This document shows positions 50,525-64,000 of a DNA stretch of 64,000 nt, piece by piece (positions within the stretch are counted from its first letter, which is position 1; the number at the start of each line of letters is the position of its first letter). Below the pieces are notes generated by a model. It was not told where the DNA came from, made no database searches, and was given only the letters and a program-made list of their open reading frames with translations. Made by a program: the position numbers and the translations under genes. Source of the stretch: Vicugna vicugna. Taxonomy: Eukaryota. The stretch covers positions 8,076,295 through 8,140,294 of the forward strand of contig MU058636.1 of the NCBI GenBank assembly GCA_013265495.1, in the 5' to 3' direction.

Positions 50525-53500
50525 AGTGATGTTCTTACCATGAATCAGCCTTGTTTGTCCTTGTATTTGTGATCGAAATTATATAATTTAGTTAAATGTT
50601 ATATAATGCATGAAATCATGAGTAGGGAAAGTTATTTTTATGAAACTAAGTTGATCTTTGGAAAGGCATGATGAAGGCACATCTTTAAAGAAAAAGATGT
50701 TGAGTTAGATGTTTGTGAAGGTGCTTCATTAATAGTAAAGCTCTCAGGAAAATACATTGTTGGCTCTGAAAGGAATCCACCATACTAATAGTTCTCTTTT
50801 GTAACCTAAACTTACATTCTACTCCCAGAAAGAGGAGTCTCAGTCACCACAAGGTCTATGGTTCCACAAGATTGGGACTTGGGGAGTGGCAATAACTAAT
50901 CATTGGCAGTAATCTGGTAGGCAGACACCTGGAACCAAAGTCACTTAGGGTACCTAACCCCTAGAAAAATAATGAAATCAGCTTGATTCATGAACTAGAG
51001 CCAGTGTGAGTTGTAAAGGCTGGGAAGAAAATAGCATTTCTAGAGTTGACTTCTAGAGATAGAATGTATTATGCAGGGCAGAAAGCTGCCCGGAATCTCA
51101 TTTAAATATTCTGATTTCTGGAGCTGGAGAAATCCAGTTTGCTAGATCTCTTAACTTTGGAAAGCAGCTCAGCCCCAGAATATCTTCTCTGTACTCTTTG
51201 ATATATTTTAATTACTGACACATGAGCTAATAGTTATAAATTTGTTGAAAAGTTATTTTGTTTTAAAATAAAAACAGCTTCTGAAATACTGAAGGTAGGG
51301 AGATACCAAATCACTCAATATGCACAAATTTAGTAAGTTTTTTCCTCCATTTCTGCTGGGTTCCTAGTTCCCAAAAAGTAAAACTAAATTGGTATTTTTC
51401 TCTTTCAAGTAACTTTTTCACAAAAAAAGCTTAAAATTCTAAAGATAGTTTATCTTGTTAATGACTATATGAAATTTATAAAATATTGAGTTTTTAATTT
51501 CAATATTTGTATCATTGGTTTTAAAAAGTATTGCATATCACAATATAATCCATTAATTTTCTTTCCATAATTCATTCAGCCAGCAACTATTTAGAAGGCA
51601 GTATTATGTACCAAAAGTTATATTATAGATATAAGGATGGAAAGGGGAGCTTCTGTTTTGAAGGATCAGCTATGATATAATTCTATATTTGGTAGGATAG
51701 ATGGTAATGTGAACAAAAAAGAAGGCATTTTCTTTGGAAAGTATGGGAAGAATTTTCCTGAGAACATGAATACCAGGAATGTGATTGCCATAAAAATATT
51801 GGAGGCTCATGGGTCATGCATTAAAAAAATACACCAAATCTATTAAGAAGGTTGCAGGAGATTGCTCTTAAACAGTAAGATTATCTTAAAATTTAAAGGG
51901 ATTTGTGCATGTTTATATTCAGCCAATGGCAAGAGAGAGATTCCATATACCAGAAAGAGAAAAATCTTTGTTATTTTTTAATAGGGTGCCTGAGTATGTT
52001 GAAGAGAAGGGATTACAAAGAGTAAACTAAAGTGGGAAGTAAAACAGCCCATGATCAGTACTTGGAATGACTGATGGATAAACACTCTGGTGTTGTTTAT
52101 ATTCGCATTGGGGAATATTTTAAGCACCTGGATTTTAGTTAATCCTGCTTTCCAAAGCAGTAATCATTCTCCATTTTTGTATAGCAGCCCAAGGAAGCTA
52201 AACAAAGACAGATTGCCAGCACTGAGGTAAAATCAGGTATTCTTTTGTATCCGAGTTACAGAGTTAAAGTTGTCTATATTGGTATTTAAGCAACATATCC
52301 TTCCCCTTTAATTTTCCCATACAGGAAAGGTTAATTTGAATGTGAGAAACTTAAACTAGAAGTTATAAAATACTCCTTGTTGAGTTTTATAAGAAGAGAG
52401 GCGTCAACATGGTGAGTAAAAAGAACTTTATAAGAGAGAACTTTGTAAGGCTGTTGAATGCTAGAAGGGATTATCAAACGAGGTTGTAGAATTTTCATGC
52501 TATAAGAGCTTTAAACTTACAATATAGATCCATTTAAGATAATGATGTTTTAGAACAACCTCTGGCTTTGTGCATATGGTTATCCTAATGTAGTTTCTAT
52601 GACCCAGCTGAATCACTGCTTTCACCAAGATGGCTTTCCTTAGCCATCCACAATGACTTGATGATTTCTTCCTTTATATCCTCATGTCACACTATCACAA
52701 CATCTATAAAATTTAGGACAATTTTTAATGTAGATTTTACTAGATTATAGTTCTTCTAGAGCACATATTCTTTTATTTATCAGTTGTATTTGAAATTTTC
52801 AGTTGAGTGCTGGCAAAAAATAACCAGTATTGAATAAATCCCTTACCAATTCCATTTAACCTAAATTGGTCATTTCATTGTAAACTGGCCCTGCACATTC
52901 CAGTTTCTTATGTTTATGTCATTTACCTTGTTTTGGAATCTACTTTTCCTCTTCTCCATTTGCTTAGTTCTTATGTATCCTTCCAGGTCCAGCATGCATT
53001 TCACTTTTTTTCGTTGAGTCCCCAGCCGATTAAAGGCTTCAGTGACCATTCTTTCTTTGGAAATTCTAAAGAATTTATTCACAGGTTTGATGGATTTTTA
53101 AAAAATGCCTGACTGATGACTCCTCAGCTAGTGTGTGAGCATCAGGGATCATGTCTTTTCCCTCTTCATTAGCCCACTGTCTGCCCAGCACAGTGCTCTA
53201 TTCAGAGTAGCTGGTCAATAATAAATAATACCTGGTAATGAGGGAGATGAGAAAATGGCTAATCTGATCACTTATGGAACTTCTTGTTGCAAATGCTAAT
53301 GTTAAATCTAGTTTCCAAAATCTGCACACAATGGAGAACTAGGATCAACGTTTTCGTAGTACAAAGGGACAGGTCCCCATCCCCCTTCTAGAACCCTTGG
53401 GGCCAGATTTTTTTGGAATTTAAAATTTTTTCCTCTTCACTGGGATAGTGTTCCCGTGCATATTTCACAATAACTGGGGAAATGAAGACAGCAAAGACTA

Positions 53501-55169
53501 TAAATATCTTCATGTTAGTTCACAGCAGGTTTGCGTTTATAAAATGAAGCTTAATAATTGGGACTGCATAGACTGTAAAGTCAGATTATTTGCTTGATGA
53601 CTAACCTGCAGGTCATACTGTTGACCACATGAATTGGTCACAGTCTGAAATTTAGCCTTTGCAGTTTACTTAGTATTCTTTTTAGTTTCAGTGGGGAGAT
53701 ACTGTTTTAATATAAATGTCCTAAGAAGACAATAAATTAGGATCTCAGTATTCAGCAAATAACCATTCTTAGAGTTTGTCTGACTCATATATATAGGGTA
53801 ATTTATGTATCTTAGCTATTTTTTGGTGAGAATTCTGGCAAGAGTTTTTGAGGCTTCCTGTTCAAAACAACAGCCTGTTCAGGCAGACTGAGTTTGAAAG
53901 ACAATAAACTTCTAGATGTAGAAAATAAACTTTTAGCTGATTGATTCAGGAACACACTCCTGTTTTTCTATTTTTTTAAAATGTTTAAAGAGGATTTAGA
54001 AATAATAAACTGCTTTCTGTTTGACCTGAACTGTGTATAGTATTGTATATTCTCAGTGTCTACTCTCCTTGGCTAGAGTTTAAGTATATTTTCTATTGTG
54101 ACATTCATGGATTTAGTTGAGCAATCTCTCTTGGCGTGTATTTAGGTGAGTTTATTTGTTCATAGAAATGAGATCATTGTCATATGGAAGCACTTAGTGA
54201 ATTATTTAACTAATGAAACCATGAAACCTAGAAAGCATTTTTATCAAGTTAAAATATCAAACCACACAGTTTTTTCCCTTTTCTGTCTTATCATAAAATT
54301 GCTCCTAGGAATTGCGCTGTTGTACAGAATCTGTTTTTTACAAACATGATTTTCTTTTTAATAATTAAAGAACAGACATTAACAGCGTGGGCCCTACATG
54401 GGATAGTGACTTAAATGGACTTTTACAAAACAACTTAAAAGAGGATCAAAAGAGAGAATGGAGGACAGAGATTGGAAGTGGTAGGTGAGAGGAGGAGGAG
54501 GAGGAAGTACCGAGTGGTGAGGAGCCTGGGTTGAATACAGTGGCAATGGATTTGGGAACACATTTTAACACATTACCAGGGCCCACGTGCTGAAGAGTGA
54601 CTGAGGATGCTTTTAACCAGACCCTATAAAGGGTGTGACTATGAAAGTAGACCCACAGTGTCAGACCCAAGAGGCCTTGTGAAAAAAAAGCAACAGACCA
54701 CAATACTGGGTTAAAAGTAGTTGGCAAAGAAGGGGAAACTTTGATAGAAATAGGGAAATTGGGAAGGGAAAATCAGTTGAAATTGGTGATATGTTTAGTT
54801 TTCCTGTAAGTTTCGGGCCACTGACAGTAATACCCGGGTTTTATGTGTATGTCATGGCCCAAGCATGAAAGAATAAGAATGGCCGTGTTGACAAATAAAA
54901 GGTGGCCTTACTTCTATTTGGTACCAGACCAGTCACTGTGCATACCTGTGTGGTCATACCTCCCCACAGATACGTGAAGGCAGTGTAGTGTTTAAAAATA
55001 CAGTAGGCCAATTAAAAGCTGACTAATTGGGAACCTTGTCACAGTCATTTAGCTGGTTGAAGTTAAAGAAAAAATGTAATTTCTGTGCCATGGTAAAGTA
55101 TATAATGGTGGTGAAATATTTTCGCTTCCCTAAACGTGACTATGGAGTTGCTGTGTGGGAATGGAGTTA

Positions 55170-55720
55170 AATTGGTCAGGTTCTTTTTCTTACAAGTAAC
55201 AGAAATCTAACTTGAGCCATCTTAGGCGAAAAAAGATAATTTATTGATTCACATAACTGAAGAGTTCAGGGATTCACTGCTTCAGACATGATAGTCCTCA
55301 GTTACTTAAATGATGTTGTCAGGCACTCTTTCCTTTTTTCCATCTCTTGGCTCTGTTTTCTTTTCTGTTGGCTTCATTTCTACATCAAGTTCTCTTTCAA
55401 ATGATGGGGAAAATGGTCCTAAGTATATTTGGATCAGAATAGCCCTCATACCTCTACTCTAGTGTACTCTACTCTTTTTGATTTCATATTAGTCCCTCAA
55501 AAAAAGAAAAAGAAGACGACTCCAAGTGATCTTCCTTCACCGAGGTGCTTATTTGAACCATTCAACCAACGACTGAGTCCTGGGGAACAGGAGACTTTGA
55601 ATGGCAAGTGTGGGTCTTGTGCCTATTCCTGGCCTGAGAGAGGTGAAATCTGATGATTGGCAGCTCCCACTGGAATCACATGGCACGGAGGAAGTAGGAC
55701 TCCTGAAAGGAAAGACTGTG
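55170..55720. mobile_element. Old MaLR LTR (MLT1J/K-like)
   Basis: ttacaagtaacagaaatctaac...atttattgattcacataactgaag motifs. Confidence 0.55.
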
Positions 55721-57236
55721 ATGTTGAAATCAACCTCCAGAGGGCTTAAAGTTATTGGTAGTATAAAAACATTCAGAGCAAAAATAAAAATATATTGGGA
55801 GATGGGGAAGGCGAGAAACTAATCAGTGCTCACTAGTTACAGGGTGATTTAGGAAAAACTCAGAATGATTAAGGACTGAGCCAAAGCTTAAGGAAAGCAA
55901 AAACCTAGTTAGATAATTTCTCTGAACAGTGCCCAGGGGTCTTTGGATAGATTAACTCTTCAGAATGACTGTGAAGTTATTGATAGTTTTGATCTGTGGC
56001 TAAAAGACTTAGGCTTGACTTTAAAAAACAAATAGAAGTCTAACAGAGACAAATGTAAGTTCTAGAGGAAGAGAAAAGGACTTGCAGAATTACACAGGTA
56101 CTGTGGGCTTGGGAAGTCAGAGATACAAAGAATGGGGCTAAAGAAATTATGGGTGAATCCTGACTCTAAGGTAGAGGCAGTTTGCGTCCTGCCTTGCTGT
56201 AGGTTCCCTACTGCCAGAGTTTCTCCACTTGGTCAGCAGTTAAACAAATTCTAGGCTCCTTCCCAAATCCACTTACTGAGTTGAGGTTTCTGGTCAGAGG
56301 CATAGTAATCTGAATATTTTACAAGTGCCAGACAAGCCTAAGTTTCTTCCAGGCCAATGGCCACAGGGAAGATGAGGACATTCAGTTCACACTGACTCTT
56401 AGGAGATATATGGGCTGAATGGCCCAAGTCTGACTAGAAAATGGAAAAGTTTCACAAAGATACTGTATGCTCTTCTATTACAGTATCTTCCCCAGGCTCC
56501 TTCCAATATTGTCCCCTCTGTCACATGACAATACTCATTTCGTTAAATACCAAGGCAGGAGGGAAAACTGTGGAATTTACTTTCTGACTGACATCCCCAA
56601 ATTCCGAACACCTTTCAAGACTCTCTAACATCACATTTAACAGAGTGCTTTTGAAGATTCCTACTCATTTTAATTTTATAGATCAGAAGACTGGACTTTT
56701 ACCATAAAGCTATAGACCCAAAGGTGTGTGGACTTGGGAATGCAAAAGGAAAAATACTCTTAAGTCATTTTGGGACTCACAGTAGAAGAGGAAAACCATT
56801 CAGAAAATTTGGGCAAATTCAAGGCTATTTTTCTTCCTTAAGGAGATAATGGTAGATCTGGGCTTTTAACACAGGAATAGTTGAAAGTTTCCTATTGTGA
56901 TGGCTAATTTTATATGTCAACTTGGCTGGACCAAATGTTTGTTCAAACATTATTCTGGATGCTTTTGTGAAGGTGTTTTTTGGTTGAGATTAAAATTTTA
57001 AATAGTTGGACTTTGAGTAAAGTAGATTGCTCTCCATAATGTGGGTGGGCCTTATCCAATCAGTTGAAGGCCCAAAGAGAATGAAGACTAGTCTTCCCTG
57101 AGCAAGAAAGAATTCTTCTAGAAGACTTCCTTTGGACCCAAACAGCTACTGTTCCCTGGGTCTCCAGCTTTCTGGTCTGCCCTGCAGATTTTGAACTTGC
57201 CAAGCCTCTGTAATCATGTGAACCAGTTTCTTAAAA

Positions 57237-57263
57237 TCAATCAATCAATCAATCAATCAATCT

Positions 57264-57330
<67 letters not shown>
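57237..57330. repeat. (TCAA)n(TC)n(CA)n compound microsatellite
   Basis: Visible directly. Confidence 0.9.
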
Positions 57331-57333
<3 letters not shown>

Positions 57334-57349
57334 TATTGGTTTTTTGGTT

Positions 57350-57469
57350 NNNNNNNNNNNNNNNNNNNNNNNNNNNNNNNNNNNNNNNNNNNNNNNNNNN
57401 NNNNNNNNNNNNNNNNNNNNNNNNNNNNNNNNNNNNNNNNNNNNNNNNNNNNNNNNNNNNNNNNNNNNT
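57350..57469. other. Assembly gap (120 N)
   Basis: Run of n. Confidence 0.99.
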
Positions 57470-57483
57470 ACTTACAGATACAT

Positions 57484-57532
<49 letters not shown>

Positions 57533-58194
57533 TATTGGTTTTGTTTCTCTGGAAACCCTGACTAGTACACCTGTCATTGTACTTAATTCTTTCCAATTCT
57601 GGTAGGCTATAGGCTTTGTAGAATTAAGACTAATAACCGCATGTTCCTAACTCTCTATCCTCTCCTTGCAGTACGGAAACTCCAGCTGAGGGCCATCCCT
57701 AATGACCTAATGTAGTTGGTGTGCTAAGGCACGTGGTGCATATTTTTCCCAATGTGCCCTGGTGTCCTCATGGGCTGTGAATGAGATTCAGATGTGTCCC
57801 CAGATAGTAAACCCCATAATCCTCAGTGTGCCAGGTGAGGCCTGCTCTGCCAGAACCTTTAGTGGTCAGAACAGCAGTGAACAGCTCCTGGCCAGAGCTC
57901 TTCCAGGACCCACCTGAGCCAAATACAGCCTGGCAGCCTATTACATGATCCCTGCAGGTACCTGGTGGGATGAGTGGTATCCTGACATTTACTGCTTCAT
58001 CGAGGCATTTTACCTCTTGGCTATTACCTCAGCAGCTAGTTGCAAAATGCACCCCTTCCCTGTCAAAGATAGGGAGCAAATAAAGCTGCTGGAGGAGTGC
58101 TTAAATGGTTGTTCTTCTAAGTCTGCAAGTGGCAGGAGTCAGAAATTCAGGATGTGTGGAGGTGGGCAAGTGAGACAGCCCAGCCCAGCCATTC

Positions 58195-58690
58195 TGGCTA
58201 TGGTGGGCAGCTTCTGAAATGGCTCACAATGATCCCCGCCTCCTGTTCTTCATTCCCGTGTATAATTCCCTTCCCTTGAGGGTGGGGCTGGTCCTAGTGG
58301 TGTGCTTCTAATGAACAGAATACTGCTAAAGTGACGGGATGTCACTTCTGAGATTAGGTTATAAATCCTGATTTCCACCTTGCTGTCATGCATACTGTTG
58401 CCCTCTTTGATGAAGCCAGCTGTCATGTTGTAAGCTGTCCCAGTGAGAGGCTCACATGGCAAGGGACTGAAGCAGGCCTCTGGATGGCAGCTCACGGGGA
58501 ACTGAATACTATCAACCGTCACGTGACTGAGCTTAGGTGCTTCCTCAGCTGAGCCTGAGATGACTGCAGCCCCAGCTGATGCCTTTGCAGCCTTCTGAGA
58601 GACCTGAATCCAGAGAAATCCGCCCAGAGTCCTGATCCACAGAAACTGTGAAATAAAAAGCTGCTGTCTCTGCAGCAATAGACCTAGTGC
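58195..58690 (+). mobile_element. MaLR LTR (MLT1E/F-like)
   Basis: aatgatccccgcctcctg...cctgatccacagaaactgtgaaataaaaag. Confidence 0.75.
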
Positions 58691-60299
58691 TCTGGGCAAG
58701 CAGCATGCCGGTCCCAAGCAGCAGGGCCCTCAAGAACCTCAGTGGAGCCGATAGGCCATGCCATGAGGGGAGCAGCTCGAGAAGGAGCGAGCAGTTGAGT
58801 CTAGTGATGGTCTTGAGAGACCCCAAGGGGGTGCATAAGATATATGTGATATAATTGCCAAATTCCACCTTCTCAGAAGCTACACAGCGTGGTGGAAATG
58901 TAATAGACCGTATGGCCAGAAAGAAGTTCAAAGCCCAACTTTGTGATTAAGTTGTCTTAACCTTAGTTTTCTTCTCTGTAAAGTGGAGATACCTCTTATT
59001 TAGAGGATTGACTGAGCTGCACCCGCAGCACTGCGCCTGACACACAGGGTCTCTTAACACGTGGTCTTTATTGGCAGCTTGAACGATTCTCCTTGTTGAA
59101 GCTTTTTCCAGTCAGTATTTATCTGACTTATGTTTCCAAGACACCACTGCATTTCTTGTTTTATCTTTCTGGCTGCCCCTCACATTTGCTGGCTTCTATT
59201 TCCCCTCCTGCTTCGTTATTGTTTGTTTTCCCCAAGATTCCATCATTGGTCTCCTCTTCTCATTCTCCATACTCTTCCTGAGCAATATTATCTCTAAGGA
59301 AACTGTTCCTTCCTTTTCCCAAGTTCCTTCTGATCATAAATAGGAACTTCCACCAACACTTTCACATGTTTAGAAGCACTTGTTTGGGAGCAAACTTTCA
59401 TCTTCTCTGCCTCTAACCTACTGTTGTGCCCAGGAATGGGAGTGACTTCAGTTTTTGGTGAATTCGGGAAAAAGGGCTTCATGTATAACCCTAGCTTCTG
59501 GTTTGCTAGAGTCCTCCCTACCCCCCTGCCATCCTACTCCTTTCATTCTTCACCTTCTGAGCCCAGCTCTTCTGTGGTTTCTATTCTTGAATGTAAGCAT
59601 ATCAAGCAAGCCTGGAATTGTCTGAATTGAACGGGTGAGTTCAATCTTGTTTAACTTTAAATAAATATAGAGTCAGAATAAATATTGTTGACATAAGTGC
59701 TTTAAGAATTCAAAGTGTAAGATTATGGTATTTATCATTTCATCTAGAATAGAAGGATTAAGGAAAGACAGAGTTTTATTCTTAATCTCTTTATGTTACA
59801 ACCTGTAATATTAAGACTATATTAACCTCAAGACTTGTTTAAGTGTTTGCTATAGGAAATTGTGTTTGGCTCACTGAAGTTTTAAGCTGTATTTGTCCTA
59901 CGAAATTGAATTTGCTCATCAACTTTGTGATAATTAACCCACTGACTATGACCTCATTGATCTCACTAAAATTGACCTTATATGTATTTAAACTTTGTAA
60001 ATTCTCTTCAGATAGGAAACTATTTGAGACTCCTTGTTTAGATTTTTCCTCTTACTGGTTGTATAGTTAAAATAAAACGCCACATCTCGTTTTTACACAG
60101 CACCACATGAGGTCCCACTCTAGTTTTTCCCGGTAATGAAGACTGTATTTTGAATTTACTATTTCTTGATTAATTTTGAATCTGGAGGGGACAGATATGA
60201 TAAACTGGTATTTTTGAATCTCCGACGTAACTGAAATTCACTTGTTAGTACTGTAACATGCCACGTGGTAGTAAGGGTGAGGAGGAGGGGACCAACAGC

Positions 60300-63200
60300 T
60301 CCACTTCATTCTACATGGGCAACTATCAGCATTTTAGAAAAGAACCTGCAGGGCATCACCAAGGTGGCAACACTCGAGCCTTCTGGATTTTCCTCCTCCT
60401 GTTGACACACCAAGTATACAGCTACACGAGGGTCGTTTCACTCAGAGGGAAATACGGAAGCTAGCTGAGTGACTCCTGCACAGCAGGCAACTGACAAAAT
60501 ACCTACATCGAAGTGGGTAGAGAGGCTGAGACGTATTCTCACCATAAGCCCCTGGCGTATCGCTTTGTAATCAGGAGGTAACCCCCAATATCCAAACCTT
60601 AGCTAGGAGCTGGAGGTGTGGCCCACACATGCAGTACCCCAGCTTTTAAGGCAGCCACCCAAGGGACAGGTACCCAGATCAGCCAGCTCTGAGAGCCACT
60701 GGGGCTTGCATTCATGAGTCCCATAGGGCATTCATAAGTCCCATAGCAAACAAAGAAACACTTGTTACCAGGCATGCAATCACTCCCCATGGTTATTCCC
60801 CTGGGCTCAGTGCACAGGGAGCAGACAGAAATGTCCATTTCCCAGTTTTCCTGAGAGGGGTTTGACTACATACTGTACCAGCTGCTGTTTGAGGTTCCAG
60901 CTTCTGTTTGTCCCACATCTAGGTGCTGACTGGGATCCTTTCTGGAGCCTGATAGAGCTGGAGGACACTTCCCTCACCTTCTCCCTTTGTCTCATACCAT
61001 CAAGAAAATCAAGTTGCCAGCCTTCTCTCTGGAAGTACTCCCGGTAACTGTTTCTTCTAGCTAACCACAGAGTGTGTAAACAAAAACACCCACTCCTGAT
61101 TTATCCCTGTTGGGGGCTATATGGCATATCTAATGTCTGGCTTTCCCAGCTGCTGCCTGAAGGTCGGTCTTCCAGTTAACCTCCAGTGGGGAGCTGAAGG
61201 GATAGGCAGTGAGTAATCCTATGGGAGCCTAAATAGGCATATGGGCATTTCCCACACTTTGGGGGCACTCACAGGTTTTAGAATACCCTTAATCACTGAG
61301 AGTCACAAAGAACAAAAAGGCAGCTTGGACAATCACAAAGGTTTGAGAGGCAACAGCAGCTCAGGCTGGGGTGATTGCCAAAGTTTATCTCCTGTATGAG
61401 GCTCGAGAATCAGCCTGGGAGAGGTGGCTGTTGTATCCAACGCTCAGATACTAGTGCAGAGACAAGCAAAGTGAAGAAATAGAGGATTATGTTTAAAAAA
61501 AAATCTAGAAATCACCCTTCATGATATGGAGATAAGTGATTTACCCAATAGAGGGTTAAAATTAATGGTCGCAGAGATGCTTAACAAGGTCAGGACAGCA
61601 ATGCATGAACACAGTGAGAATTTCAACAAAGAGACAGAAGTATAAAAAAAGTACCAAACAAATCATAGAGCTGAAGAATGCAATAACTGAACTGAAAAAT
61701 TCAATAAAGCGGTTCATAGCAGACTAGATCAAGTGAAAAAATGATATGCAAACCCAGTGCAGTGGAATTCATCCAGTTAGATGAGCAAAATTAAATTTAA
61801 AAAAAAAAGAAGGAAAAAGAGTGAAGATAGCTTAAGGGCCTTGTGGGACACCATTAATCAGATCAATATATGCTGAAGGAGTTCATCTTCACTAGCTGGA
61901 CCTTACCAAGAATGGTAAAGGGAGTTCTTCAACCTGGACTAAAGGGCACTATTGGTAACATTAAAAATGTGAAAGTATAAAGCTTACTTATGAAATGTAT
62001 AATTAAATTCAGAACTCTAATATGATGGTGTTGAGTAAATCACTTATAACTGTAGTGTGAAGGTTAAAAGACAAAAGTATTAAAAATAACTATAACTACA
62101 ATAATTTGATAATGGATACACAAGATAAAAAGTATGAAAATTGTGACATCAAAAAATGGGGTGGGGAGGAGTGCAAAAATGTAGGGCTTTTGTATGCATC
62201 TGAAGTTAAGCTGTTACCAGCTTAAAATAGACTCGTTACAATAGTAAGATATTTAATGGAAGCCTCATAGTAACTTCAAAATAAACCTATAGTAAATACA
62301 GAAAAGATAAAAGAAATCAAAGCACACCACTACAGAAAATGATCAAATCAAAAGGAAGAGAGCAAGAGGAAAAGAAAGAAACAAAGGAAAATAGGAACAG
62401 AAAGTCCATGTATATCAATAAATACTTTAAATGGACTGAATTCTACAAAAGACAATAAAAAAGACCAATAAATTGAAGGATTGTGGTTTTTCTGGAAAAG
62501 GTAGTTGATAAGCCTTTAATTCAACTACTAAAAAAGAGAGAAGACTAAAATAAATAAAATTTAAAGTGAAAGAGGGGACTTTACAACTGATAACACAGAA
62601 ATACTAAGGATCATAAGAAACTACTATGAACAATTATACACCAACAAATTGGACAGCCTAGAAAAAGCTTTTTAGTCTATTGGAGTCCCACTTGTTTAAT
62701 TTTAAATACTAAAGGAAATTAAATCACTATCTCAAAGAGATATCTGCATCTCCATGTGCATTGTAACCTTATTAACAATGGCAAAGGCATGGAAACAACC
62801 TAAGTGTTCACTGACGAATGAATGGATAAAGAAAATGTGGTATATAGACACAAAGGAATATTATTCAACCTTAAAAGAAAACCCTGCCATTTGGGACAAC
62901 ATGAATGGACCTGGAAGGCATTATGCTAAATGAAGTAAGCTAGACAGAGAAAGACAAGTACTGCATGGTATCACTTATATGTGGAATCTTAAAAAAAGTC
63001 AAACTCATGGAAACAGAGATGAGAAGAGTGGTTGCCAGGGGATGGAGGAAATGGGGAGTTTGGTAAAAGGATAAAAACTTTCAGTTATAAGATGAATAAG
63101 GTCTGAGGATCTGGTGTATAACATGGTGACTACAGTTGGTAATAATACTGTACAATTCAAATTTGCTAATAAAGTAGAACTTAGTTGTTCTCAGCACACA

Positions 63201-63335
63201 CACACACACAGATAAATATGTGAGGTGATGGATATGTTAACTAACTTGATGGGAATAATCCTTTCACAATATATAGATTATAGCAAATCATCACATTGCT
63301 TGCTTTAAATATTGTATGATTTTGTTGTGTTATTT
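60300..63335 (+). mobile_element. Internally deleted L1 (5' UTR-like, ORF1 remnant, ORF2 pieces, L1MA-type 3' UTR)
   Basis: ORF1-like text 61.5-61.9 kb, ORF2-like text 62.3-62.66 kb, 3' UTR tgaggtgatggatatgttaactaacttgat; 5' boundary approximate. Confidence 0.75.
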
Positions 63336-64000
63336 ATATATCGGTAACATGAAAAAAAGTAAAAAAAGAAGTTGCATTTCTTAAGGGAACAAATGGGCTT
63401 TGGCCAGTCTGTAGCAGATCTTCCAGGATAAAATCTAAATTTCTCAGAATGATGCATGTTCTTCTCAATGGTACAGCCTTCCAGTAACTCTTCCAATTTC
63501 ACTTCCCTTACTTCCTCCAATACTTAGTATATTCAGAGATTGTGAGTGTGGAGATCATGTTCTTTTATACACCACATTATCTTTACACTTGCTTTTCTCT
63601 TTGCTTAGAATACCCTGGCTCTTAAATACCGTCCTTGACCCTTCTTTCCCTTCCCTTACAAAGTGTCCTTTAGTGCTTGTGTCTTCTGTAACACGTGTTT
63701 GTAGAAGTCACAGCAGTGTTGTGATTGAAACATACAAAATTGCCAAGAGAGTTTCTTCTCTGGACACCACGCTTTTCAGACCCGCTCAAGGCCTCTTTCC
63801 TATGGGGTAAGGCGTTCATAGGGCCAGGAGGATGTGCGGGTAACTGAATTCCTGGAATTTCCTGCACAAGTGTTCTTGAGCCTGCTTCTGGGGCTTCTTC
63901 CAGCCTCTTTTCAGTCTCCATCCTCCGGAGTGTGGCCTGCCCCACTGGCATGCACACACCTGGGCCCAAAGGATAGCTGAGGGCAATGGTTGCTTAAGGG

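Larger units (their letters stand above)
56896..57569 (+). mobile_element. MLT2 (ERVL) LTR containing microsatellites and an assembly gap
   Basis: tgtgatggctaattttatatgtcaacttggc...ctggaaaccctgactagtaca; TSD cctat/cctgt. Confidence 0.85.

Noticed and set aside
57191..57596. ORFs with HT/CV repeats
   Set aside because: Translations of (CA)n across an N gap
58250..58931. 155-aa and 128-aa minus-strand ORFs
   Set aside because: Lie largely within a MaLR LTR; no recognisable domain
30500..64000. Possible neighbouring coding gene or retrogene (I recall CSNK1A1L upstream of human SUPT20H)
   Set aside because: No kinase-like or other recognisable protein in the ORF track; the region is mostly interspersed repeats

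Overview
Mammalian genomic DNA, probably a camelid, judged from a tRNA-Ala-derived SINE resembling Vic-1 at ~19.7-19.8 kb. Bases 1-~30,000 hold most of SUPT20H (FAM48A/p38IP, the SAGA subunit Spt20) on the minus strand. I reconstructed a non-coding exon 1 in a CpG island (~29.3-30.2 kb) and 22 coding exons, from the ATG at 27512-27510 to a poly-Q exon at 1080-1223. All have GT-AG boundaries and consistent phase, giving 751 codons; the last exons lie off the left edge. Bases ~30,500-64,000 are intergenic and dense in L1, L2, MIR, LTR and DNA-transposon fragments, with one 120-N gap. The most interesting observations are: (i) a four-level nested insertion at 37.7-41.2 kb containing what looks like a retrocopy of an LTR-initiated spliced transcript; (ii) two uORFs and a candidate alternative-start exon in the 5' leader; (iii) an alternative exon giving a short '-RHES*' isoform and an internal acceptor removing 79 aa; (iv) several candidate poison exons; (v) a pure (CAG)14 tract. 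I see no CRISPR array, prokaryote-type system or convincing novel protein-coding gene. Repeat family names and orthologue comparisons are from memory, not database searches.
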